A program made the position numbers and the translations under genes. Positions 13,724 to 27,209 of a stretch of 64,000 bases of DNA are shown here, piece after piece. The stretch is from Eledone cirrhosa (taxonomy: Eukaryota). The stretch covers positions 16,678,001 to 16,742,000 of the forward strand of contig OZ024747.1 of the NCBI GenBank assembly GCA_964016885.1, read 5' to 3'. The notes under the pieces were generated by a model. The model saw only the letters and a list, made by a program, of their open reading frames with translations, searched no databases and was not told where the DNA came from. Each line of letters opens with the position of its first letter. Within the stretch, counting starts at the first letter, position 1.

Positions 13724-13879
13724 TAGGGCATCAGTTATACTGGTGCACTAGTGGTGAATAGTCCTGTCTTACGAAGCATCTGAAATTATAATAATCCTCA
13801 GTTAGACAGTCCATGAGCAGGAATTCCCCACGAGCTTTTGTCTTCGGCGTTTTCTGTTTCCTATAATTATCCCACTATA

Positions 13880-13942
<63 letters not shown>

Positions 13943-14292
13943 GGGGGGGGTCTGTGTGTGTGTGGGTTTCTGCATACATATTCATAAATGAGGGGGGAAA
14001 ATATATATTTATATGTATATATATATATATATTTACTCGTATACATATATGTATGATGCATGTATATGTGTGTTAGTCGTATTTTAAGGAGATATGTATA
14101 TATGCGTAAATATCTTCATTAATAATTATGTTTTATCATATAAAAAAGGCAAATTTCCCCAGATGAAAGGACTCACTACTTGGCTACTTTCAAACATTTA
14201 TTTATTAAAAAATATAATGGTTAACTGTGTTTTTGAAGTTTCACTGCAGATGTTTATCAACACTAATTATGCTTGCTGTCATTATAGAGAGT

Positions 14293-14334
<42 letters not shown>

Positions 14335-14355
14335 CAGTAGTAGTAGTAGTAGTTG
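14293..14355. repeat. (TAG)n trinucleotide microsatellite
   Basis: Direct reading. Explains the poly-V, poly-T and poly-L ORFs here. Confidence 0.95.
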
Positions 14356-15879
14356 CTGTTGATGTGCTTGTTGGTTTTGGCGTCGCTGAAGTAGTAGCCG
14401 TGTTGGTGAATGTAATGGTAATGGTTCCGTGTAAGGAATATAAGCAAAATAGAAATTGAATAGAAATTGATAGGAAACCAACATGATAGAGTCCTAGAAA
14501 AGTATTATAAGTCACACCATATACCATGGGCTCTTAAATTCTAATAGTGTCATTGGTATATACAGCGTGTCTTGGGCATTTCAACACATTTAACAATATA
14601 ATTCTCTACAATGCCAGGAAACCCCATTTTTTTACTGAAATAATTACCCTAACGTCACAACACCCAAACAACTGTACCTTATGTACTAGACTCTTACTAT
14701 TTAAAACTATGTATATAATGATTTCTAATATACGGTCAATGTTGGTGAAGGAGATGGTGATTGAGTTGACACCAGTATATGACTGCTACTTTATTATATC
14801 GAAATTGAAAGGTTGAAATGCAACGTTTTTCTCTCTTGGGTATAAACGAAGAACATAGAGACAGAACAGAAAATATAAATGCATTTTGTCCGACGCTCTA
14901 TTAATTTCGACACATCCACCAACCAGAGGCAGTCTCTAATGGAAAGAATAATGAAGGGAACAATTTGAAGTAAATTTAAACGAAAATGGAATTGAAAAAG
15001 ATGAGTATAATTCTGAACAAATAAGAAAATAGAAATTAAATGTATAACAATGTACAAAGAAGAAAATATCGGAATAAAATACGTAGTAAAATTATCTTTA
15101 TTTCTGATACTATACGAGCAATTACTTGTGAGTTTCCCGTGGTGTGAAAACTGAGAAATTTGTAGTATGCCCAGAATTAACTCGTAAGAATTAGAATTCT
15201 AATTTGTTCAATTGTGAAATGAAGAAGGAGAAATGCAAGAAAAAAATCGAAACTATTAGAAAAATAATAAATATACAAACAATGGAAGACCAAAATAAAG
15301 ATGGATTGAGAAAGACAAAAGACAGGGTGCAGCTCGAGTAAAAAATGGTTGACTCATTTTGAAAAATAATTAGTTATTTATAACCTTCACTAAACATTGT
15401 AGGATGGTGCCTACTTAATTCACTCTGCAGCAATACTTGACTGTTATTCATTGTATTGATTACATAATAATTAACAGGTGAAGTCGGAATTGAACTTAGA
15501 AAGTAACGAGACGTAACCAAACACTAAGATGCATATTTACTGATTTTATTATCAGCTACTTTGGTTTAAGTAGTTAATAACGAAACAGTGAAGTTCTGAA
15601 CCCGTGGCGCCACCTGCTAGAAACTGCAGCCAAATTAGACTCACATCACATGGACATGTCTAATAAAAAGGAAGTATACGTTAGACAGAGAGGCAGTCCA
15701 TTGCGCGAGGAGATATTTTATTCGAAGCTGCAATACATTTGATAAACGTAATACTGAAATGGTTATATGTATGTTTGCACCAGGATAGTACCATCTTCCA
15801 AGCGCCATATCGACATATCAACATAACTACTTCACGTAATTGTGTTAGTATCCGATGGTATCACATTAGTGACTATTAA

Positions 15880-16065
15880 TGGTGAATTGGCAGTATCGGT
15901 AGAGGGTTCGACGCCATGCTTTCTAGCATAGTTACGTCCCTTTACAGTCTGAGTGCAAATCCCGCCGAGGTTAAATTTGCCTTTCATCCTTACGGGGTCG
16001 ATAAAATAAAGTACCAGTAATGTACTGGGTATTGCTGGTCTTGTGCCTAAAATAGAAACAATTAA
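15880..16065 (+). mobile_element. Full-length tRNA-derived SINE (MetaSINE/Nin-like core)
   Basis: A box TGGCAGTATCGG, B-box-like GTGCAAATCC, conserved core, tail GAAACAATTA. Confidence 0.9.
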
Positions 16066-16443
16066 TGATGTAAACATTGCATGATTTCCAATCACTATGT
16101 CATTGAAATACGTATATTGCAATATTGCATTAAAACAGTTATGGAATCGTAACATTCACTTAGGCATTATTTCGTAAATGGAAACTCCGTCAGCTTAATC
16201 ACCACCATAATACTAAAGATATACAACTGACCTGTTAGGCTTTTTAATGGGGTAACCGATTCTCATCGCGCGGCGTTACAACGTAACCTTCATGGATAAA
16301 GACCATAATTATACGCATTATATATATATATATATATATATATATAGATATATATATACACGTTATTGCGGGTTGAATCAGAGGTAACCACAGTAAGTAA
16401 GGTACTCAATACATAGCATAGTATAACAGTTTTAATATAGATG

Positions 16444-16494
16444 AGATTCTACATGACTAGAACTGTTTCATTCTTTAGAAATCATCAGGAATCT
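16444..16494 (-). ncRNA. Type I hammerhead ribozyme (other arm)
   Basis: Reverse complement of 17123-17173 with one stem III change. Confidence 0.75.
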
Positions 16495-16691
16495 GGGTAT
16501 CAAAAATTAATGTATGTGTGTGTGTGTGTATTTATGTGTGTATGTGTATGTGTGTATGTATGTATACATATATATATATATATATATATATATGTGTATA
16601 TATATATATATATAAATATATATGTATGTGTGTGTATGTATATATATATATAAATATATATGTATGTGTGTGTATGTATATATGTGTATAC

Positions 16692-16742
<51 letters not shown>

Positions 16743-17122
16743 TGTGTGTATGTGCGTGTGTGGGTGGGTGCGCGTGTGTGTGTGTGTGTGTTTGTGAATG
16801 TGTCTGTTGACACCTGGAGTAAAGAATTTCCCTTTTCTTTAAATCCATCAACCATGACCAACCCCCAACGATCTTATAGACACCTGAAATATAGGCATTG
16901 TTAGCTTAAGAGAAACTTAAAAATAAGGAGTGGCATCCTATTCTGAACTTGTTTATAGAATTCTTTCTGCCTTTGTTACTCTAAATATAAATTATAGCTT
17001 TAAAGAATTAACTTTTAATGAATTCCCTTTTCTTTCAACCAATAACCTCCACCTATACCACTCTCCACCCTCTCCTACCACCTGAAGAGACCTATAAATA
17101 CCATATTTATTTTTTGATACCC

Positions 17123-17173
17123 AGATTCCTGATGATTTCTAAAGAATGAAACAGTTCTAGTCCTGTAGAATCT
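17123..17173 (+). ncRNA. Type I hammerhead ribozyme
   Basis: AGAUUC-CUGAUGA-UUUC-UAAA-GAAU-GAA-ACAG-UUCUAGUC-CUGU-A-GAAUCU, with 6-bp stem I, 4-bp stem III and a GUA triplet. Antisense twin at 16444-16494. Confidence 0.8.
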
Positions 17174-17187
17174 CATCTATATTAAAA

Positions 17188-17252
<65 letters not shown>

Positions 17253-17282
17253 AGATCAAAAGATGGTTAAAAGAGTTCCATG

Positions 17283-17353
17283 TATTTTATTATGCGCATT
17301 TCAAAAACAAATATCATCATGCAATAACATTTGCGTTTTCGTCAGATAAAATA
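17283..17353 (-). ncRNA. Type I hammerhead ribozyme (family A, left arm)
   Basis: Reverse complement of 17477-17547. Confidence 0.85.
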
Positions 17354-17476
17354 GGGAGACATGATATGAAGGTTAAAACACACTTGTGAATAGTGCAGTT
17401 TTGAATCAACATATGATATGTTGATTTAAAACTGCACTATTCACAAGTGTGTTTTAACCTTCATATCATGTCTCCC

Positions 17477-17547
17477 TATTTTATCTGACGAAAACGCAAA
17501 TGTTATTGCATGATGATATTTGTTTTTGAAATGCGCATAATAAAATA
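17477..17547 (+). ncRNA. Type I hammerhead ribozyme (family A)
   Basis: UAUUUUAU-CUGACGA-[long stem II]-GAAAU-GCGC-AUA-AUAAAAUA, with 8-bp stem I, palindromic GCGC loop and an AUA triplet. Confidence 0.85.
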
Positions 17548-17690
17548 CATGGAACTCTTTTAACCATCTTTTGATCTTATATATTATTATTTATACTCCA
17601 GTCCTACAAACTGTAGAGTGCTACTTATCCGATATCTGCATTGCTTTATTGTACTACAATAAAACTCACCTCCTACATATATATATATAT

Positions 17691-18153
17691 CTAAGGCGGG
17701 TAAAATACCCGAGATCCATGGACGAGTTCTCTCCAGCGTCTCTGTCCCTCATTATCGCTGCCATGTCCTGCGTCTCCAATAGACCAGTGTCTGTCCTTAG
17801 GGCATCAACATACGTTAACCTTGGTCTTCCTCTTCTAGTGTGTCCATGTAGGGGCTCCCAAAGGAACACTGAGTGCAATGTCAACTCTGGATGTCGGTGA
17901 GCATGTCCAGCTAACCTCAGTCTCCTCTGTCACTTTTGAGCTGACTTTTGGGATGCTCCCATACAGCTCTGAGTTTTTCATCCTCAGTGTATACTGATTA
18001 ATGTTCAGAGCCATCCTCAGCATTCTCGTGTAGCACCCATCCACCATCTGAGTGAGTTTCTTGGTCAGTGTCCAAGTCTCAGACCCATACAGCAGCACAG
18101 ACTCCACTACAGCAATATAGAGGCGGATTTTCAGGTCTCTAAGAAGAGACCTG
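17691..18153 (-). mobile_element. 5'-truncated RTE-type LINE 3' end
   Basis: Translation LKIRLYIAVVESVLLYGSETWTLTKK...GCYTRMLRMALNI, then frameshifted VFLWEP.HG..RRGRPRLTYVD.L..DTG. Same family as 28910-29625. Confidence 0.9.
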
Positions 18154-18287
18154 AAATATATATATATATATGAATATATATGTATATATACATATACATA
18201 TATATTTCAATTTGTTTTGCAATATTTCTTATCTGACAATCTGTTTTGAAACAGATATTGTTATTTTTTTTTTTGGGGGGGGGGGCG

Positions 18288-18529
18288 TCATACTGCCAAT
18301 AAAAACACACGCACCTGTTGATATTTAGTTCACTCTATTATAAATTTCCGGCGGATGGTTGGCTGGTTGTTTCGATAACCGATGGTTGCTCGAGGTCACA
18401 GAATATGTGACGAAAGAGCTTTGACAATATATAAACACCAATCCGGTTATGGAACCAACCAAAGAACAGGAAATTTATAATATATAGAAGTGAAAATCAC
18501 CGGGTACGTGTGTCTTTTTATTGACAGCA

Positions 18530-18572
<43 letters not shown>

Positions 18573-18664
18573 TATATATATATTCATGTAACCACTTCTA
18601 CGTAACTCGTCCCATGGTCTCAGTGCTCTACCACTTCAGATATTACCTTCCAGTGTTATACCAC

Positions 18665-18665
<1 letters not shown>
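18288..18665 (+). mobile_element. Diverged fold-back element with probable tail
   Basis: Imperfect inverted arms TCATACTGCCAATAAAAACACACGCACC... / ...GGTACGTGTGTCTTTTTATTGACAGCATGA (18288-18532). Unique segment 18583-18665 lies between (TA)n runs. Confidence 0.55.
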
Positions 18666-18709
<44 letters not shown>

Positions 18710-19568
18710 GTTCTGATTCAATACAACTTTTGTCAACCAAATTTCACTGAGAGTGCAGTGTCAGTGTCCTGAGAGAATCTAGTGTAGAATTGCCATAGTA
18801 AATGTGCTAGGCAGTGGGATTAACTTGTGTGTACCTTGTAACTAGAGAACTAAGAAATGGCACATTCCTGTTAGTTTGCTTCTACGTTAAATTTTTTAAA
18901 TGAAATCCTAATGCAAATTCAATACAGCCTGGGTTGCTAATCTATGAATTCCTCTCTCTGACCCTTATGCTAATGTTTGTCAGTATGCGACACTCAATTT
19001 ATCAAGGATCCTATGAAAGTGTCATGCAAATACCAATTGAAGTAAAAATCACGTTGACGTTCCTAGCCTTTCATGTATTCGATTATAATTTCTTTAAGTT
19101 TCTGTCTTATTTCTTTCAGTATTTTCTACGTTCACTTTAGTAGAAAAGGGATCGTTAGAATTGTAAATATTCTCAGAGTTTGGCATGTAAAAGTTAATAC
19201 CTTAATTTGCACAAGTATTACATGGGGCAATTTACAAGAAAAAGAACAAGATATTTGTTAATAAAAAACACTTGATCTCTTAATGAATTGTATTCAAAGG
19301 AATTGTATTCATTAAGGGTGAAAGCAGCGATTATTTGCTTAAACTTTAATCTGTTATTTTAATAAATATATATAATATATTTTTTTAATATTTTTTCTTT
19401 ACTTGTTTAGTTGTATTTATAATACTTGAATGTCTTTCTAATTCTATGGTTACATGCAATAATTAATTCCTGTCTTATTTAATAGAGTGTAACCAGCGAT
19501 TTAGAAAGTCATTCAAGTATTATAAATACAACTAAACAAATAAAGAAAAAAATATAAAAGAAAATATA

Positions 19569-19619
<51 letters not shown>

Positions 19620-19625
<6 letters not shown>

Positions 19626-21670
19626 ATAATAAAATGTGGAGAGGAAGCACACGAGTTAGGATATATATATATATGAAAACACGGAGAAAGATACGATTAT
19701 GAGGAAGAAACATTTTTTTTTTCTTTTTTGTTTCTCTCTCTCTTTTTTCTGGGTTTGAAAATGATTAAAACGAAATGTTTTACTTTGTCTGAAGTGTTAA
19801 GGTATTAGTTGATTTATTTATTATTTAACAATGGCATTTATTTATCTATTTATATATTTAATTATTGTCTATTACAGGTTTCAGCATTTATATGCATTAT
19901 CAAAGCATAGTGACATGTATTAGTGTGGTGTCGCACATGTTAAACAGAAGGTGCAGAAAGAATAATGTTATATACACACAAGGTTTAAAAAGTGAAAAGA
20001 AAAAAGAAAAAGGAAAAAAAAACGTGCATAATGTGGAACGTAAAAAGTCAATGTGGAAGAAAAAATAATGTTATTTACAAGCACAGTCATTGAAGTTAAG
20101 CAGTTCAAAATGTGTTAATATCGCAAGAGTGCTTAGTTGAACCATGGTTCCGTGAAGGAGGCAAATGGTGGACTGTGGTTTGATATTATTTCCCTTTTTT
20201 GAGAGTTAATATGCAAGGGGAAGCAATTCTTGCTGGGTGATATTTAATATATTTAAGAAAAAGGATTAGGTAAGGTGTGAGGGAGGTAACTCTTGTAAAT
20301 GTTTGATGGTTTGTTGCAGTTTTAGATTGGTCCATTTTTAGAGCATTGAGTAGTGGTTGAAATGTATTAATGAAATGTGTTTCCTTATTGGTACGTTGGA
20401 TGAAAGTAGCGTTGTCTATGAATTTGTAAATGGGGAAAATTTTAAAGTTTGGATGTTGGTTGAGAGCACAATTGGCGATATGTTCACTAAATGCAATCTT
20501 TCTGTATTCCTGTATTTTAATTTGTGATTTATGGACGGTCATACGTTGACGGAGGCTGTTACTTGTCTGTCCTATGTAGTGCTCTTGACAACCTGAGCAT
20601 GTCAAAACATAGATAAGATTTTCAGATGCACATGTAAAGTTGTGTTTAACTGTGAAGCGTTGTCCTTGTTTAAAATGGAATGTTGAACCTTCCATTTGAT
20701 TTATGCATATGCCACAGTTGGGCCTTCCACATTTTGTTACTGTACGTTTCATTGTGGGGGTTTGTTGGATTTTGGCTTGTGTGAGGATGTTTTTTATGGA
20801 TTTGGGTTGTCTTATGACCGTTCATAAATCACAAATTAAAATACAGGAATACAGAAAGATTGCATTTAGTGAACATATCGCCAATTGTGCTCTCAACCAA
20901 CATCCAAACTTTAAAATTTTCCCCATTTACAAATTCATAGACAACGCTACTTTCATCCAACGTACCAATAAGGAAACACATTTCATTAATAAATTTCAAC
21001 CACTACTCAATTCTCTAAAGTCGGACCAATCTAAAACTGCAACAAACCATCAAACATTTACAAGAGTTACCTCCCTCACACCCTACCTAATCCTTTTTCT
21101 TAAATAAATTAAATATCACCCAGCAAGAATTGCTTCTCCCTGCATATTAACTCTCTATAAAGGGAAATCATATCAAACCACAGTCCACCATTTGCCTCCT
21201 TCACGGAACCATGGTTCAAATAAGCACTCTTGCGATATTAACACATTTTGAACTGCTTAACTTCAATGAATGTGCTTGTAAATAACATTATTTTTTCTTA
21301 TACATTGACTTTTTACGTTCCACATTATGCACGTTTTTTTTTTTCCTTTTTCTTTTCACTTCTTAAACCTTGTTTGTATATAACATTATTCTTTCTGCAC
21401 CTTCTGTTTAACATGTGCGAAACCACACTAATACATTTCACTATCATTTGATAATGCATATAAATGCTGAAACCTGTAATAGACAATAATTAAATATATA
21501 AATGCCATTGTTAAGTAATAAATAAATCACCTAATACCTTATCATTTCAGAGAAAGTAAAACATTTCGTTTTAATCATTTTCTAACCCAGAAAAGAGAGA
21601 GAGAGAAACAAAAAAGGAAAAAAATATATTTTTCTTCCTTATAATCGTCTCTTTCTCCCTATGTTCATAT
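19620..21670. mobile_element. Neptune-like PLE 3' fragment as a large inverted duplication
   Basis: Arms of about 870 bp (19670-20542 / 20814-21670) with spacer 20543-20813. Encodes a GIY-YIG endonuclease fragment. Confidence 0.9.
20186..20812 (-). pseudogene. PLE GIY-YIG endonuclease fragment
   Basis: RQPKSIKNIL...KCGRPNCGIC...FTCASENLIYVLTCSGCQEHYIGQT..LRQRMTVH...SEH...E..FI......LN: CCHH-type GIY-YIG with a Cys-rich linker. Confidence 0.9.
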
Positions 21671-22288
21671 ATATATATATCCAAAATTAAATTAAGGGTT
21701 GAGAGACATGCGTCATATTCAACACTCTAACAAAACCTTAACAGAGATGCATTTAAACCTATTAAGAAAACCAGATTATTAATGAGATTTCTTATTCGAA
21801 AATAAAATTCCCCACAGGTAAAACTACATTCTGACCACTCTAACACAATACAATATTTGCACAAATTTTATTATTTTCTTACCTATATATTTTTTAATCT
21901 AAATTTTACTTTACTTTGGTTCCCTCTATATTCCTTTACTTTTAGAACAAATTATTCCCCTTGAACTAAGAAATAACAAATATTTAGATTTGTCCTATAC
22001 TATTCTACTAGATATAACACACTGATATCTGCACCCCTTTTCCTCCAACTTTAATCTTCCTTGACCGTTCACACTTTTCTATACAATCTGTCTAAATTCC
22101 TTTACACCTTCTTTTCTTTTCTTAAAAGTCATTCGATACCTCATCCCCTGACTGCTAATTTATTCATGTACTACTAGCTGCTTAATGAACTATATTGCCC
22201 CTTCCTATTTTTACTATTGGTCAATCTCAACCTTGTTCTTAAATGTTTTTATATTCTTCAATAAACAAAACTCATTATTTGAAGTATG

Positions 22289-22675
22289 GCGGTGGATTGG
22301 CAGTATCGGTAGAGGGTCGGACGCCATGCTTTGACGTATAGAGTTACGGCCCTTGCCATTCTGAGTTCAAATCCCGCCGAGGTTAACTTTGCCTTTCATC
22401 CTTACGGGGTCGATAAAATAAAGTACCAGTAATGCACTGGGTAATTGCTGGCCTTGTGCCAAAAACTAGAAACAATTATTTGAAGTATGAATTATTGGCA
22501 GTATGGGGAGAAGGTTGGACGCCATGCTTTCGAGAATAGTTACGTCCCTTTACAGTCTGAGTTCAAATCCCGCCGAGGTTAACTTTGCCTTTCATCCTTA
22601 CGGGGTCGATAAAATAAAGTACCAGTAATGTACTGTGTATTTGCTGGCCTTGTGCCTAATGTAGAAACAATTATT
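22289..22675 (+). mobile_element. Two tandem tRNA-derived SINEs; the first has a 15-bp TSD
   Basis: A box TGGCAGTATCGG, B box GTTCAAATCC. ATTATTTGAAGTATG at 22274-22288 and 22475-22489. Confidence 0.9.
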
Positions 22676-23420
22676 TCTGAAAACGGCGGGTAGGGAAGAT
22701 GTATATATATTTTCTTACTTTGATAATTTGTAATATATTTTACATATATCACTAATAGAATGAACATACGGAGTACTACCTCCCAGAAACGATCGTAAAA
22801 TAATGAGTTTTACTATGAATTATCCGTATTTTGTTTAATTTCATTGTTTTCACTATTTGTATTATCTTGACTGCTTCCAATGAATTATATCATCGAAATT
22901 TTGTATTTTAAACTTTGCTTCACGACATATTCTACATACGGATTACATTGAGTTCTTCATACGGCTTGGACCCTACCATTAATTGGTGGATTGATCTGAT
23001 ATATATATATATATGTATGTATTTATAGCCGTATATCATGGGTGTAAATAATTTCTTTGTGATACAGATTCAATGTGAAATTCAAATTATTTTAGAACTG
23101 ATGAGATACCAATTGTAAGTAAGTGATGCAGTAGTTTGCTATGATACATTGTTAATCAATAATGTCCGCTTGAAAATGTTTGAACGTGAAAAAAATCACA
23201 TTTCTAAGCTCAAACACTATATAGTCTATGAAATCGATAATAGAAATAGTTTCTTTTACATTTTACTAAATATATTTCTAGAATTCCTCCTACGCGTTGG
23301 TTATTTCTTTCGTTTAAGAAAGACATACGTCTGAAGCAGAAACATTTGCTGGTACCTATCACTTCGTACATCAGTAATAAATACATAATGCATCTCTGGC
23401 ATGGATGAATTGCAAAGCAA

Positions 23421-23491
<71 letters not shown>

Positions 23492-24251
23492 TTAGTAGAT
23501 ACTGCACAGGTTATTGAAAAATCCAAGTTTTTTCAGGATACTAAATATCGCAAATATATTTCTGTGTTCGGCGCAATTACTTACCAAATATGTTAAAGCT
23601 CTCGTTTCCTATTTTATATTTTATATTTTACACCCAAGAGGTGAACATCAATATTGACACATTAGTCCGCAATATTATGGGCCAGTTATATGCATCTGTA
23701 TCAGAATGTTTTCATATATCCTTCATTAATTAGTTAGGATGTTGATAGGACATGCAAGTCTTAACTATAAATGATATAGTGGAATTAAGATGTATCTTAT
23801 CCTCGTCAACAAATAAACAATCGCTAAATTTTGTCGCTATCTTCAGTAATTGCAGAGCACTTATATATATTGTATTGTGAATATGTAGCATTAAACAAAA
23901 TCATTCAAAGTTACATCTTCGCTAGATTTCAAATACCGAAATTCAATGCTGTGAAGACAATATTTCGAGTAGCATATATGTAAAGAGAGCAACTTAATGA
24001 TGTAGGATGTCTTTCGTACCACATGTATGGCTACATGTATTTCTGTTTGTTAATTCCTGCTGGAAGAACTGGGACAGTAGAAACAAATAGAGTTTACTCA
24101 AGTCATTGCGATGACAATACAAACATACCCAGCATTCCACATGCTGATCTAGCGTTTACAATTTGGCAAACTCTGTATTGATATAAGGACTTGTTATGGC
24201 AGTGCATATATAAAAGTAATTTATTTTAAATCATTCTGCCTTCTAAATACT

Positions 24252-24530
24252 AATATTGTTTCTACTTTTGGCACAAGGCGAGAAATTATCCCAGTGTATT
24301 ACAGGTACTTTATGTTATCGACCCCGTAGGGATAAAATGCAAAGTTAACCTCGGCGGGATTTGAAGCGTAATACATTAAATATATAAATAATTGTTTCTA
24401 CTTTTGGCATAAGGATAGCAACTATCCCAGTACATTACTGGTACTTTATTTTATCGACCCCGTAAGGATGAATTGCAAAGTGAACATCGGCGGGATTTGA
24501 ACTCAGACCATAAAAGGACATAACTATATA
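24252..24530 (-). mobile_element. Two truncated SINE copies
   Basis: Reverse complement of SINE tail and core, twice (ATTGTTTCTACTTTTGGCA...TTATCGACCCCGTA...GGCGGGATTTGAA). Confidence 0.85.
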
Positions 24531-27063
24531 CTGCAAACATTTTTCATGAAATGTGTATTTGCCAGAATTGACAGTATCATGAATCATGGGTTACACGATT
24601 GCTATTTTGTTTCTAGGAGAAATATTTCATTTTACTTTCACCTTACCCTCAACAAATGTGAAACAAGTGTGAGAAATTATGGTATAATTTATTTGACATA
24701 ATTGGTGTGATTCTCAAAAGAATTTTCTGGAATACAGTATTCGTGAATTTGTTTTGTTTATATAGATGTCGTACCTAAACATCCGAATTAAATATTTCTA
24801 TTCAACGTATTCGAATACACTGCTTCCATAACACAGATTCTCTATCAACTCTCTACACATTAGATTTACAATTGTGTTGATTAAAATTCTGGATTGGATG
24901 AACGATTGTATCAGCGTAATAAAATTGTTATTGCAAGACTGAAATAAATTTATTGAAAACTTTCTATATAAAATTCCATCACACTGTACTTATAACGCCC
25001 GAGGAAAGTCATTGGTAATATCTGATCACATCCAGATGTCTAAAACTTGCAGGCATATAGTTAATAGTACATGTTAAATCTATTGATATGAAAATGAATC
25101 AAAATGTTTCAAAGCCTTTCCTAAGATGTTACCAGCTTTCATAGTTATAACTGAGAATATTTTTAAATAAATCAAACCTTCACTAATATAATGTAACAAT
25201 TATTTGTGTATAAATGTGAATGTATTTTTCTCTCATAAAAGAAATGTTTCCAGAAGCGAAGCTATGACGCAGAATACTAAAATTCTTGACAGTAATTAAA
25301 ATGCTGAGCATTAGCATTTCTTGTAGGGCATAATATCTTATACCGTTAATACGTATTGATACAAAGACCGATTTGCAAAATATGTGCAAGATAAATTCTT
25401 CCAGCGTTTGAATTTGGATATTAATTTAATGATTTCAAAAGCATTGAAATAAAAATATGAGCTAGCCATAGGGTAAATGGGTATTAGTATAGAAATATTC
25501 ATCCGGTTGTAATCTCTTCTCCACAGAATTTATGTAAATATGTCTACTTTAAGAAATGCTTACAGTATAATCGGGATTTCTACAACAGAATATTTCTTCA
25601 AAATATCTCACCCCACTATGTACTATATAGTATATAGTGAGCCTACGATTAACGTATAATGAATAAATATTAGACATACATAGAGATTTATAGTTTTCTT
25701 CTGAATAATATTGCATGAACACATAACTATTAACGTAGTGTTCTTACTAGGCCACTCCATCATGAAATGCTAAGACTAATTACAGGATGGAGTAGATTGC
25801 ATAACACTATACTGCGACAGTCTTAGTAACATAGTAAACCGATGTCTACTAAAAGCCAAACCATCCACTAAATAACTAATATTCTGAACATATCTAAATT
25901 TACAAGTAATGAACCTTAACCTAAAATATAACACATAAAAAAAAGACAACATCATTAAATGAAAGTTAAAGCCGACCCACAATAAAAGTACAAGGCGGAC
26001 AAATTTCATCAGGCCACAATCGCTCTCAATAACTGCCTTCTGACCAATTGAAATTATCAAATACATTAGCACTATATAATTGTTCGTGTAGTTAATGGTA
26101 TTGCTACTAGAGAAATAAACACACAACAATCATTCTCCATATGTATCGTCCATGCAAACCTGATTAAAATAGCTTTTTATTCATTAAGAAAAAAGAAAGT
26201 AAAACTAAAACTTAATCACATCGTAAACTAATTACTCATTAATTAAGTAAAAAGAACTGAATTTATTATTAACCATTATATTCAGAATTAACACTCGACT
26301 CATGAATTAAACCGAAACTCGATGATATCTATAATTTAAGATCATATCCCCGAATATAATCTAGAAAACACTACACAACATATGATTAAATCAACATTTA
26401 ACTTTGGAAAAGATTCATTACACTTAAAATTTATATGAGACATGGAAACGAAATCGTTGCAAAACAGATTTTAATGAGAAAAATGAATACCTAGATCCCG
26501 CTATCCGATGTAGATTTTATCAAATAAATTAATATTAATATTTGCAAGAAAACTAACCTGATAATTTAATAAAATAGAAAAGAAAACAAAAGACATGATT
26601 ATCTGCTAAATTCAGCATGAACAGATAAATGAAAAAATTTAATCAAAATGTGATAATAATCACAACGCTTGATTCGAGAAATTACTGCCCTAACCACATT
26701 AAAATTCACCAATGCATTAAGACACAAAATTAATTTAAAATATTATTACCAAGATCAAGCAACGTATGTAACTCACATTCAAAGGTAACGCAGTTTCAAA
26801 TCAAATGAAAGGCGTACTCAGCAAAGAGAAGTAGCCGAAAACAATGGTAGATTATTAATAAAATGCCTACGCTTTTGTCCATCATTCATTAAAGTATTAT
26901 TAAACAGATCCCTTTGTTCAGTACATTTTTAATGGAAATCGCCCACACGAATAAATAGATGAAGAAAGAACTAAATTTAGATCCGGTAATTCAGTTAACA
27001 TCAAAATGGGGACACGGAACTTATGCTTGTACGTCTAATATACAAACGTAGAGGAGGCGCGCG

Positions 27064-27114
<51 letters not shown>

Positions 27115-27116
<2 letters not shown>

Positions 27117-27171
27117 GGATCACAGCTGTCGAAACGGCCGGAGCTCAGCTGAAGGGTCCTGGCCCTTTTCC

Positions 27172-27175
<4 letters not shown>
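27115..27175 (+). mobile_element. Tiny PLE pLTR fragment (half hammerhead)
   Basis: GCTGTCGAAACGGCCGGAGCTCAGCTG...TTCCTAT between (TA)n runs. Similar to 12711-12757. Confidence 0.65.

Positions 27176-27209
<34 letters not shown>

Larger units (their letters stand above)
16362..17189. mobile_element. PLE-type fold-back element with a hammerhead in each arm
   Basis: Inverted arms 16428-16507 / 17111-17189. Tail 16362-16427 shares GTACTCAATAC with the 8885 tail. Flanked by (TA)n. Confidence 0.75.
17243..17676 (+). mobile_element. Fold-back hammerhead element, family A copy 1
   Basis: Near-perfect palindrome 17243-17587 plus unpaired tail 17588-17676, in (TA)n. Homologous to 27837-28254. Confidence 0.9.

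Noticed and set aside
14094-14527. Mucin-like Thr-rich or poly-Val ORFs
   Set aside because: Explained by a (TAG)n microsatellite. No convincing splice sites or domain.
15880-15970. tRNA gene at SINE heads (also 22289, 37338, 51800)
   Set aside because: A/B boxes are present but there is no complete cloverleaf, and each continues into the SINE core.
19265-19340. Hairpin CTTAATGAAT/ATTCATTAAG followed by GAAA
   Set aside because: Core and stems I and III not recoverable. Could be a decayed ribozyme but unsupported.
20703-21107. 134-aa plus-strand ORF
   Set aside because: Chimera across the inversion junction: antisense spacer fused to the endonuclease C-terminus.
25770-27010. A/C-rich stretch suggestive of a very old PLE coding strand
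   Set aside because: No RT motif could be read with confidence. Needs tBLASTn or HMM search.
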